This document shows, in pieces, positions 24,801 to 37,300 of a DNA stretch of 64,000 nucleotides; the stretch's first letter is position 1; the number at the start of each line of letters is the position of its first letter. Origin of the DNA: Pocillopora damicornis (lineage: Eukaryota); assembly GCF_003704095.1 (NCBI RefSeq), contig NW_020846824.1, positions 248,001-312,000 of the forward strand, read 5' to 3'. Under the pieces are notes generated by a model. That model was not told the origin of the DNA. It saw only the letters and a list, made by a program, of their open reading frames with translations, and did no database searches. The position numbers and the translations under genes are program-made.

Positions 24801-26497
24801 AGTGACTATGTTGGGTTGCATGGTTTCAGTTTTGCATTTGGTTGGTTGAAGTTTCCTGATCAAACCACAGACCAAAGTAAAGCGAAACCAAAGCAATTAT
24901 CCAGGATCACTTTTTAAACTCACTGCTCTCTGAATCAATGAAATAAGTGCATATAGGACTGCAGTATATGAGAGGACTCAAGACTGCATGTACTTTCTTT
25001 TTCAGGATGCAAGGATACAAGAAGTAACCAAGGAATTTTGTGAATGGGTGGCTGGCTTAGTGAGTTTTATTTTAATAAGTAATTTAAAAAACTATGAACT
25101 GAAGGTAATTTAGATATTCTGGACTTTGAACACCTCAATTTCTATCTTTTTCATAATTTTTAAGGGTGGTCAAAGCAACAATATAGAAGAGTCAACAGTG
25201 ATGAGTTTATTTGCCAGTGGATATGAAACAAAGGTTAGTGTCCAATTCAATCCTTCCTAGCAAGAGTCAGTGATATGATAAACGATGTTTTCCAGTCACA
25301 ATACTTTTCAACTTTAAATCTAATTAAGCCAGTGTAGACCAGGGTTTATTTTATTCAGAACAGAATTTTTTTTCCTATTAAATTCTCATCAAACCATTTG
25401 TCAAATGGCTGTTATCTTGTTTGCAGCCAGCACTGTCAGTGCCTATCCATGTTGTTGAACTGACAAATGTTCCACCTGAGTTAAGAATGAACACTGGATC
25501 TCCATTACCAAAGCCAAGTGAAACAAGACAAGTGCCAGAAACTGAAAAGGAAAAGGTAAAGTGCAAGTCCGCTCAAGCCAATTGTGGCAGAAAATGTAAT
25601 GAAAGAGATGTATGTGTTCCTTCTGTGGAACTAAAAAACTTTTCCCTTCCTTCAATTTTTTTTATCCTTTCCTTAATTGTGTATTAAGTATTCCAGTTTT
25701 CCTAGTTGTGATTGATTTATTAGTACAGCTGGTGATATTTAAAATTCAAATCAAAGTGTTCATGATTTTTCTAAGCTTCACATTGAGTGTTAAAACACAC
25801 GAACTTCTTATATGAAAGTTTTTGAAAGGAAGAATATCATTGATGAGGTGCTGCGTGAAATTTGTTTATAGGCCAAAACCAAGTACACTCCAAGCTGGGT
25901 GAAGGTTAAATATGGAGCATGGTACCTGAGCCCCTCAACATGGAAAGCTCGTGCCAGTGGCGAACCATTACAAGATCCAAAAGCACAGCAGGACAAAACA
26001 CTGTCTGAGTCCAAGAAGAAAAGCCAGAAGTTGGTAAGACTGTGGCATCAACTATAAACACCAACACAACAAAACAACATTAACTCTCTATATTGCTTCA
26101 CCCAATCTTCTTCCTTTTGACAATTGCTTACCCCCTTGGTACAAGTTTCCTTCTCTCCCCACCCTTCCACTGCTAGGTCATTCTCCTTCATTACTTCATC
26201 AGTAGAAGTATGTGAAAGAGGTACACTGGGAAAGAGGTTGCACCTACACAAGTGTGTTAAATGAACTTCTATCTAACTCCACAGGATAATGTGCTTTCCA
26301 CCATGCATGGAGCTAAAGCATTCAAAGATTTTATAGACAAAAAGAACACTAGAGTACCCGAATTTCTTGAAGTGGTAGCTGAACACCAAGAACCCAACAA
26401 AACTGACTCAGAGGAAACAACACAAGATGGTAGAAAGAAATCACGTGCTGTTAGCATTGCCAAATCACAATTTGGTTCAAATGAATATGTATATTGA
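21858..26497 (+). CDS. FAM47-family protein (multi-exon, interrupted by an assembly gap)
   Basis: Exons 21858-21925, 22243-22399, 23143-23246, [gap 23270-23369], several short exons in 23628-25555, 25872-26032 and 26285-26497. The motifs KPWYKERL..WTFLEKGSDDFRDGLP, WVKVKYGAWYLSPSTWK..EPLQDP and MHGAKAFKDFI..RVPEFLE match the conserved N- and C-terminal FAM47 blocks as I recall them. Confidence 0.8.
22498..22700. mobile_element. MITE-like element with TTAA(A/C)CCTT..AAGGGTTAA termini
   Basis: Starts TTAAACCTTGGACCCCTAA and ends TAGAGTGTGAAGGGTTAA. A related truncated copy in the reverse orientation lies at about 6395-6440. Confidence 0.55.
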
Positions 26498-26849
26498 GTG
26501 GGTAGGTATTTTAATAATGTCAGAGGACCTAGTAGATCTGAATTTACAAGTTGGAAGTAAGGTCAACATAAGTGCAATCATACAAGTCTGTACAGTTTCT
26601 CTTTAAAATCAATTTATTCTTTTCAAGAAACACCTCAAATGGAACAAATGTAAATACATTATCTTTGTAAATACTTTATAAAGTACACTATTTATTTGAT
26701 ATTAAAAATAATACTATGTACTTTTTTGTAATAAAGTGTTCAAAAATTGTTCCAAGAAAGAATAGTTTACCTGAATTATTATTATTTTTATCTTATTTAA
26801 AATCTCAGGCTTATGATATAGTACACCATCCAAGTGTACCTGTTAAATT

Positions 26850-29840
26850 TAATTAGACCATGGCAATAAGAAGGAGTCCAGCCATCAATGCTACTACCCC
26901 CAGAACATGACAACAGTAAACTAGTGATGCTGGAATCATGATTGTTCAATTATTTCTTCCTTTTGCTTCCTTGGACGCTGTTTCTTCCCTCGCTGTTTCC
27001 TCTCAAACCACTCCAGTTCCTCCTGGGTTAATAATAAGATGGTAAATTATAGTTATTGTGGGAGACACAATGTCTAATGGTAACTGTACTGGTTATCAGG
27101 TCAAGAAGTCAGGGTTCCAAACCTGGTGGGGTTACTGTGTTGTGTTCTTGGGCAAAGTACTTTTCTCTCATAGTGCCTCTATCCACTCTGGAGTAAAAAC
27201 TGGTACCAGCAAATTGTCAGGGGAGCCTGATGAAATGCTGTGGGGTGTGTGTGTGTTTGTGTAAGTGGGGGGTACCTTGAAATGGACTGGCATCCCATTC
27301 AGGGAGGGAGTGGTACTGCTCCTTCCATCCTAGCTGCTTCATGCTATTGAACCTGTATAAGATCTGGCATGATGGATTGCTTGGATCAAGTGCAGACTTC
27401 ACCTTTACCTACCATATAGTTATCCTGGGGTTCAGGCTCGCTTAGATTGCCATGTCATCACTACACAGTTTCTGTTCCCATGAAACCAGCTTGAACCAAG
27501 GAAGACACATTGTTGAAAATATCAGAGTACAAGTTTACCTGCTGATTATCAACCACATCAGTGACAACATAACATTCTAGTTGACAACAGTGGTTTCCAC
27601 AAAGAAGTTGACAGCCATAAGGTCGAGCAAATAAATATGGCTTTGCAGAAGAACAAGCAAGAGAGTTGATCTGGGTGGGAAAAATTAAGACAGGTTAAAT
27701 AAATGATACAGAAACTAAATGATACAGAAACTTTTAAGAAGTTTATTACAAGTCAAAGGAAAGAAATGTGACAGGGACAATTAAGTGGAGGCTGTGAAAA
27801 TACGAGCTGTATAATTCAGACATTGCTTAATTCATTAATTTTAAGGACACCAAAACATCAAAATGGAAATGTAAGAAAACACACCTCATGCTTGCCAAAG
27901 CAGCTCCTAAAAATGGTTACAACAATAAATATAAACTTAAGTTGATTAAGTCATAATAACAAAGAAAAACATACTGACAAAATTTCAAATTATCACTTGA
28001 TTATAGCCTACACAGTAGTCCTTTCATTTGCTTTAAGCCATGCAGAAGAACTGAGGATGACTGTAAGAGATACAATTTTTCTGCTACAATAAAGTGAGAA
28101 ATATTTCATCCCAATGTTAAATCACAATTCAAAGAGAGAAATAGTGAGAAATCGTAGCAGTTTGAAGATGTCTCTGGTGACTAGAAACATATGGGAATTT
28201 AAGGACACACTTTCCTAAGGTCACACAATGACAGGCAGTGTATGTAATTGACTATTAATAATATGTTTTGACTAAAAGTAGGTAGTCCTCTGATCCTGGT
28301 ACCAACCATCAAAACATGCAAATACATTTGGGTTTCCATTTAACTCAGATTTTTATATTTTCATCAATGGAAAAAATCTGACAAAATCAATTTGACAAAA
28401 TCTGACAAACATTGATGAAAACAACAACCTCAGAAAGAAGTTATCAGAAAGTGCACATATCAAGAGCAGCATCCTAACTTGCAAAGTTCAGCATATTTAG
28501 ACTGGTGGTCAGTCACCCACAATGTGAGGAGGAAAAACTTGTAACAGCGAGTTACAACAGGTTTGTAGTCAATTGAAATCAATTCCATAACTTCACAGCT
28601 CCAAATTTATGGAATAAAGAAGAGAACATGCTATGTACTTGGCTAACAAACTGTTTTCTTACCAGCATGGCATGGAGACTCACAGCTGTGCTGGCCACAA
28701 GAAAGTAACTTTCCACAAGGCTTTCCACACAACCAAGATTTAGCACTGCAGCGTCTAACCACTGGTGCCTGAGATCCACAGTGACAGGATGTAAAGACAG
28801 TCTTTGGACAAGGAGGACACGGACCTGTATATGCAACATGGAATAGCACTTTGAATGAAGTGACCAATTTCCAACTTCTTGACACCATTTTAAAGCATTA
28901 TACAAAGAGCACATGAGGAGAAATGACAAACTTATCAGCTGGAGGGTGTCATAATTGACATAACACTAAATTCTCATTTATTTTTCCTTAAAAATCTGAG
29001 GATGTCCTCCCTTCACTTCACACTTTTCTACAACTACTTAAAAGCTGATCAATGCTTCAGCATTGCCTTTCTTGAATTGGCCATGGTAAATATATATTAA
29101 TTAATAATAACCACAAATTATGTCCTAGACAGTAATTAATATGTTATAAGTTCCAGTAATCGCTATTTTGATATAAATATGCAAGGTAATCCTTGAATTG
29201 TAGCTGTACAGTCTTGTTATTTTTTTTTTGAATTATAATCTACCCATAAATAAAGCATTCTTCTAATTGAAAAGAGTACTTATTTAAAGGAGCCACACTG
29301 TATGGCAAAAAATTGTCTCTATCCTCTCTGCCTGATGGAGGCCATTAGTGTGGCATTTGATGGAGAAAATACAGAACTCAACCTCAAAAAACTTGACAGA
29401 ATGTGGAATAAACAGAGGAAAAACTCTTGTCAAATTCAAGAATGTTCTAATTTAATCATAGCTATACCATACCTGCTTTTCACAAAAGCAATAATATTTT
29501 GCGGGACATTCAGACTGCTTGAATTCACCTGTGCATTTGGGGCTAAATTATTGAAACAAAACCAGCTGGTTATTAATTAATAATTTAAAAAGATAAAAAG
29601 ACCTGAAAAAAATAAATGTGACAAAATGGAACCAACTTATTTTTCAGGCCTCAGAGTAAAAGTTCAGAAGTCCATTATTGTAAGCAAATCCGTTATACAT
29701 ACCAAAACTACGGCAACTCAGCGGGATTTAAAGTATCATCTGAGGTCAATTGAATATAAGCAGCTCGGTCCATTCCTTGCCCCCTTTTGAATGCATTGCA
29801 GGGGAGGAGTTGAGCAACACCGGCTGCAGCTCCATACCTT
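26850..29840 (-). pseudogene. Decayed partial duplicate of NFXL1 (exon 3 to last exon, with internal deletions)
   Basis: Collinear with 31366-38443 but lacks blocks equivalent to about 31930-33270, 33890-34585, 34975-36635 and 37150-37720. There is a premature TGA at 26936-26938 (TGG in the intact copy), and a frameshifting insertion plus TAG in the exon-3 homolog (about 29703-29837). Confidence 0.85.
27057..27412 (+). mobile_element. CORE-type SINE-like element
   Basis: Degenerate tRNA-like head, core TGTGTTGTGTTCTTGGGCAAAGTACTT..AGTGCCTCT..GTAAAAACTGGTACC and a CTTCACCTTTACCT tail. The equivalent copy in the duplicated segment is at about 31570-31920. Confidence 0.65.
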
Positions 29841-30858
29841 AAATTAAAAAATATATATATATCAAAGGAGGAAGTTCTTAAGTATTTCTGAAGGATTAAA
29901 AAACAAATATTACGTTTTTGCACATAAAAGAACCTCCCATTTGCTCATTTTTTCCAGTTGAACTGCATGTACATGATTCAGCAACGAAGGAGTTATGAGT
30001 AGCAGCTCATAACTGACTCTATGTTATCAGCAACATTTGTCCTGTCGAATTTTCCATGGAAAAAATTGGCTTCAGATCCTTTTGAATAATTCTCATTTGA
30101 TCGGAATGATCCAAAGGATTCTGGTGACTTGTAACCAAATTAAACGACAGAAAATATGGTGTTGAGACCTGCATAAATTTATCGATCAAGGGATCTGTAT
30201 AGGTTTCCTAAATTCCATCTTTAAAGGTTTTAGGAGTTTAAAAACCTCGCCTAGTTACAAAACCATTTCGATGTCTAGCACAATATCCCAGATATTTGTG
30301 TTACCGTTTTTTGAAGTTCCGAGCTTCTCGTTTAAAATAAACCGAAATGCACAGATAGCGTATTCTCGAACTGACTCCTTAAAATATTTAACTTGGTCAA
30401 TCTCTAATAAGATATCACAAAAGAGTTAATATACAAATGAGTTAACATATAAATGGAAAAATATATTAAAGGTATTGTCCAGTACATGTAAGAGGGAGAC
30501 GAGGCCAATAGAGTCAAATGCTTTCCTCGCAATCTTTCCTCCTTGTCCTCTATCATGAATTTCATTGAAAGTAAAACCCTGAGCACGAGTCGTGCTCATT
30601 GGGCACTCGACCCAGTCTGTCTACGTGTTCGGGCCACGTGAAACCATGAAAATATAAACACTTGGAAAATAATTTCAGGCGAGGCAGTATATTAAACCCG
30701 TCTCTTCATCTCCAGCTATTCAGCTTGTCTCGCTGTCATACAACAGTCTTCGGATGCTNNNNNNNNNNNNNNNNNNNNNNNNNNNNNNNNNNNNNNNNNN
30801 NNNNNNNNNNNNNNNNNNNNNNNNNNNNNNNNNNNNNNNNNNNNNNNNNNNNNNNNNN

Positions 30859-31033
30859 CAAAGATTTTATAGACAAAAAGAACACTAGAGTACCTGAATT
30901 TCTTGAAGTGGTAGCTGAACACCAAGAACCCAAGAAAACTGACTCGGAGGAAACAACACAAGATGGTCGAAAGAAATCACGTGCTGTTAGCATTGCCAAA
31001 TCACAATTTGGATCAACGGAATATGTATATTAA
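30859..31033 (+). CDS. Second copy of the FAM47-like terminal exon, starting at a gap edge
   Basis: Near-identical to 26323-26497 (KDFIDKKNTRVPEFLE...EYVY) with an open frame. Upstream exons, if any, would lie in gap 30759-30858. Confidence 0.65.
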
Positions 31034-31365
31034 GTGGGTAGGTTTTTGATAATGCCAGAGGACTAAGTAGATCTGATTTTGCGAGTCTAAAGTAAGGTCA
31101 AAATAAACGCAATCATGCAAGTCTGTAAAGTTTCTCTTTAAAATCAATTTATTCTTTCCGAGAAATACCTCAAATTGAACAAATAAATACTTTATATAGT
31201 ACACTGTTTATTTGATATTAAAAATAATATCATGTACTCTTTGTAATAAAGTGTTCAAAAATTGTTCCAAGAAAGAATAGTTTACTTGAATTATTATTTT
31301 TTATCTTAAATAAAATCTCAGGCTTGTGATATAGTACACCATCCAAATGTACCCGTTAAATTTAA

Positions 31366-34300
31366 TTAGTCCACGGCAATAAGAAGGAGTCCAGCCATCA
31401 AGACTACTGCCCCCAGAAACATGACAATAGTGAACCAGTGACGCTGGAACCATGATGGCTCAATTATTTCTTCTTTTTGCTTCCTTGGACGCCGTTTCTT
31501 CCCTCGCTGTTTCCTCTCAAACCACTCCAGCTCCTCCTAGGTAAATAACAAGATGGCAAATTATAGTTATCGTAGCAGACACAGTGTGTAATGGTAAGTG
31601 CATTGTTTACCATGTCAAGAAATCAGAGTTCCAAACCCAGTAAGGTCATTGTGTTGTGTTCTTGGGAAACAGTGCCTCTCTCCACTCAGGAGTAGAAATG
31701 GGTACTGACGAATTGTCAGGTAAGCCTGATGAAATGCTGCTGTGGGGGGAAGGGGGGTTAGGGTTAGGGTTGGGGGGGGGTACTTGAAATGGACTGGCAT
31801 CCCATTCAGGGAGGGAGTAGTACTCCTCCTTCCATCCTAGTTGCTTCATGCTATTGAAACCTGGATAAGATCTGGCTGGATGGACCACTTTGCTCGAGTG
31901 CAGACTACACCTTTACCTACCATATAGTTATCCTTAGGCTAACTGTACTTAGGCTACTGTACTAAAAATCTTCAAGAATCATCGGTTCTAAGAACTAGTA
32001 TTTAAAATGATTTCTCTGCGCAAAGTGAAAGATTGTGGGTAGAAAAGAGAGTTCACATTGCTTGTTTGAAGGGTTCTGAATGATGAAAGTTGAGTTCAAG
32101 TTACCTGTTGTGCTTTAAGTTCTCCTTTTTTCCTCATCTCATCTTCTTCACTCAACAATTTCTTTTGTTTAGCTTTAAATGTTTCACACTCTTCATCACA
32201 AAGTAACTTAGCTTCACCTTTCTGCACCATGCGGCAGGGAAAATCCTTGATACAGAAAAGAAACACCACAGTTTAATCATGGCTTGTCAAGCTAAACAGT
32301 CTCAAAGCACACTTAAGTTCATTTTGATTCACTGTTGTGTAACAAAATCAATCATCCAAAACAATGGAGCCAATGAGGACTCGTAAGCAGAAAACTCCTT
32401 AAAACATAACAGAAGAATGACCAAGTTATGACCTTTGGTTTACATTTAGAACCTGACTTATTGCAATAGCACAAGAGTGCAGCAAAGCAATACCAGTACA
32501 GTGCCACATTACTTTTATTATCCACTTACTCTGCATTGGACCATACAGAAGACTTACCTTCTTTTTACGGCGACAAGGACACCTCACAGAAGACTTCCTA
32601 TTGCACAGCGCAGAGGATGGGCAGGGGCCGTAATGACAGTTGGATGAACACCGGTGACCACAGACTACTAGATTCTTTGGACACTGATTCTTACAGGACA
32701 TTAGTTCATTGCGAGTTTGTTCATCCACTGAGGTTAATTCACTAGGAGACAAAAAGCATCAGAAGGAGAATGTTTTTGAACTCCTCCTTCAGAAATACAT
32801 ACCACATATTAAAGATTAATAACATGATGAACTTTATAATGTCACATGCAGTATCTTACCTACATGACACATAAACCAGCATTAAGCCACAATGACAAGG
32901 AAGCTTCACCATCTGCTTACATTTTGGACAATCTCCTGTGATTGAGAAAAAACAATAACATGTTGCACTAAGCCAGAATAGACAGTATTGTGAATTTTTG
33001 CAAAAGAACCTTCATTTTAATAAGATCATCCTGAGGAACTCTTGACATAAGTAATAACAATCATGATATAGTTGAAATTTTTTTATACAAGAAAAACTTT
33101 CATTGATCATTTGCTCACCAATGTGACATGGTAGAGGGCAAAGATGTGTGCATCCCTCTGGCCGAGGTTTCTCGCAAGCTTCCTCACAATCTTGGCATTC
33201 TTTACCTGCCTAAATCAATACCAAAACCAAAAGAGTAATTTTTCAAAACCATGATTTTTTGTAAGAACAGCCACTCAGTTAGATTTCTGTGTCACCACTA
33301 CCCAGTTTCTGTTTCCATGAAACCATGACCAGCTTGAACCAAGAAAGACACGTTGTTGTAATTATCTGAGTACAAGTTTACCTGTTGATTATCAACTACA
33401 CCAGTGACAACATGACATTCCAGTTGGCAAGTGTGGTTTCCACAATGAAGCTGACGGCCACAAGGTCGAGCACATGAAAATGGCTTGGCAGAAGAACAAG
33501 CAAGAGAGCTGATCTGGGCGGGAAAAATTAACACAGGTTAACTTACTAGAAAAAAAATTGATACAGATACTTTTAAGAAGTTTAATACAAGTTAAAGGAA
33601 ACAAACTTGACAGGGACAATTAGGTGGAGGCTGTAAAAATACAAGCTGTACAGTTCAGAAGTTGCCTAACGAGTGAATTTTAAGGATACATTAACATCAA
33701 AATGGAAAGGTTAGAAAACACACCTCATGCTTGCCAAGGCAGCTCCTAAAAATGGCAACAACAATAAATATAAACTCAGGTTGATTGAGTCATAATGACA
33801 GGGAAAAACATTGATAAAATTGCAAATTATCACTTGACTAGCCTACACAGCAGTCCTTTCATTTGCTTTAAGCCACACAGAAGAAATCAGAGTTGCACAG
33901 AGGCAGGAGGGAAGAGTGAAAGAAGTAACGATGAAATTGAAAAGATTCCTATGTAGGCAGAGCTCTTCACTACTTACATCTCAACTGGAACAACACATGG
34001 GGGACAAGGTACTGGTTCCTTCTTAGTACTCTCTGAATTTGATTTAGATACAGCCGGGAATCCATTTGAAAACGACTAGAAACAAAATGACAACTGTAAA
34101 ACATCTACAGTTGAGGACAACACCACTAGAGGGCATATGGGTATTATCATTTCATTGAAATCAATCGTCTTATCATGAGTATGACATTCATAACTAACAT
34201 ACAAAACCTTTAAGAGTTTTGATTGGTCACGTTTGTTGTCATGGCAGCTGACAGGACAAGGGTGCCCACAAGGAAGTGGCAGATCACAGCGCTGGTGGCA

Positions 34301-37300
34301 AGGAGGGCAGGAGCCATAATGACAGTGATGACGCTGAAGGACAAACATAAAAAGACAACTTAACAAACCCATTTAATCACAACATCATTCTCGATCTAAA
34401 GTACATGTCGCAATTTAAAATCAAATTCTGATCAAATCGGTGACAGGATAGTACATTCGCTTTGTGCTTCCTGTTGCCATAACAACAGACATAAAGCAAC
34501 TACCGCTAATGCAAACATGTTTTACAACTGTTTTCATAGATAGATAGGTTTCTAAAACTTACTTTGCGTTTTGGGTGATGACAATCTGGAGGATGGCTGT
34601 AAGAGATATAATTTTTCTGTTACAATATAGTAAGAAATATTTCATCCCAATGTTACATCACAATTCAAAGAGAGGACAGAAATCGTAGCAATTTGAAAAT
34701 ATGTCTCTGGTGACTAGAAACATATGGGAATTAAGGCACACTTTCCCGAGGTCACACAATAGCAGGCAATGTAATTGACTATTATATACGTTGACAAAAG
34801 TAGGTAGTCCTCTGATCCTGGTAATAACCATCAAAACATGCAAATACATGAGGGGTTCCATTTAGCTTGGATTTTCATATTTTTATTAATGGACAAGCAT
34901 TGATGAAACAAAAACCTCAGAAAGAACACATATTAAGAGCCGCATCCTAACCTGCAAAATTCAGCACATTTAGGTGGCTTGGTAACTTTTTCACGTCCAC
35001 AGGGTACTGTAAGAATTGTAGAACCACAGAAACACTTCACATCTACCTGGAGGGGACATGGGTAACATGGTCCTACATATGAGAGAATATAGGAATAAAG
35101 AAATAAATAACTGTCCAATAAATCTTATACACTGACCAAAGTGTTAGGTCAACCACTGCAACAAAGACATACAAACATCAATTTGATACAATGCGCAATA
35201 CCTCTGTGACATTGTGATGGGCATTTGTGGTTCCTGCAGTTCAGATTTCGATTACAAGTTTGTTCACATGGAGGGCAACCTCCATCACAACACTGCAAAC
35301 AAATCATAGACATAAATGAATAAGTAGCATCAATTAATTAATGATGGTATTTTAAGTATGATTACAGACAGAATTGGACTACACAAAGTCCTGTCACCAA
35401 TTTATTAAAACTATGACAAAATTCGAGAGAGAAACAAGACATTTGTTACATGTTTGCGTTAGAAAAACAGTTAACTCTGAAAAATGCGAGTCAACAGTGC
35501 ACGCACAAGATGCGTTCAGTCCACTTATACGGGCACGACGTGTTAACTGCCCCTTTAACTGTCCTATTACTCTGTCCAATTACAAGCATGATACATACAC
35601 TGCCCTATTAGTGCCCATATCGGGCTGGTGATAACCAATCAAGCGTACCCTTTCCTATTTGTGCTCAAATCGGGCTGGTGATAAGTAATCACGTTTGAGA
35701 ATTTTGTTACAGTTTTGATTAGGAGCATACAATTTTAGCCATCAGGCTGCAGAAACATTTTTTGTTGCTTATAAAGTCAGTTTAACACCCCACCTTCCGT
35801 TTACATGGATGTCGTTCACACTGCCTCATCTTCAGACACTTAATGTCGCACAGAAACTCTTGGGAACACAAAACACTTTTCTCACGCTTGCCACAACGGC
35901 AAGTCTTGGTAACTAACCGTCGACAAACCCCACAGGACCCTGTATGACACTGCTGAGCACATTTATGTCTGCCACAAACCAATGGCTTGTCACAAGTGCC
36001 ACCACAGGTTGGAACATCTTCTGTGCAGGGTAGCAAAAGAGCTGAAAGAGACAACAGAGAGCTTCAGCATGTTAATGCCTTATTTAACTTTGAAGGAGAA
36101 TCATACATTTTCTCCCTTATTCACCATGCTGATATATATATAAAAAAATAAGTTTAAGGCTGTTTTCATCACACGTTTGGAATTTGGTGCTCACCAGGAC
36201 CAATTCTATTTTGTCAAAAAGTAAACCTTGTCCTCTTGGAAAATAAAATAAACAAAATTGACAAAAGCAAAATACTTACAAGTTTGTCCACAGGGACATT
36301 TTCTTTCTCCTGTTCTTGGGCATTCACCACACTTATCTGCATGGCACAGTCTTTCACATCTATGATGGCCACAGGACAACACTCTGTTACAAACCTGAAA
36401 GATTGCAGCAGTCACAAAAAGGTACAACTGCTAAAGTAAGCTGAAAAACTACTTGTAGCAAATTGTTAATAATAGCAATATTCAAATAAGATCCATTCTT
36501 GAGCTTTTTCACTTTTAACCTAATTATCAGTGAGACAAAACATCACCTGTTCACATTGCCAATCTGCACTTGCACAAGGTCTTTTATTTGTCATTTTACC
36601 ACACAGACAGCTCTGCACACTCTCTTTGGGGCATGGTAGACAGTCACCTACGATGTGAGGAGGAAAAACTTGTAATAGCAAGTTACAACAGATTTAGTCA
36701 ATTGAAATCAATTCCACAACTTTACAGTTCCAAATTTAAGGAATAAAGAAGAGAACATGCTATGTACTTGGCTAACAAACTGTTTCCTTACCAGCATGGC
36801 ATGGGGACTCACAGCTGTGCTGGCCACAAGAAAGTAACTTTCCACAAGGCTTTCCACACGACCAAGATTTAGCGCTGCAGCGCCTTACCACTGGTGCCTG
36901 AGATCCACAGTGACAGGATGCAAAGACAGTCTTTGGACATGGAGGACACGGACCTGTATATGCAACATGGAACAGCACTTTGAGTGAAGTGACCAATTTC
37001 CAACTTCTTGACACAACTTCAATGCATTATACAAAGAGCACATGAGGAGAAATGACAAACTTATCAGCTGGAGGGTGTCATAATTGACATAACACTAAAT
37101 TCTCATTTATTTTTCCATAAAAATCTGCTTAAAGCTGATGCTTCACCATTGCCTTTATTGAATTGACCATTTAATTCCACTGAAGGGATGGGCTCAATGG
37201 CTATATAGAAATAAGCCAGATGATTCATTCCGCTACAGATAATAAAGAATACCACTGCATATAGGGCTCTATTATCATACTGATATATCATTTTTCAAAA

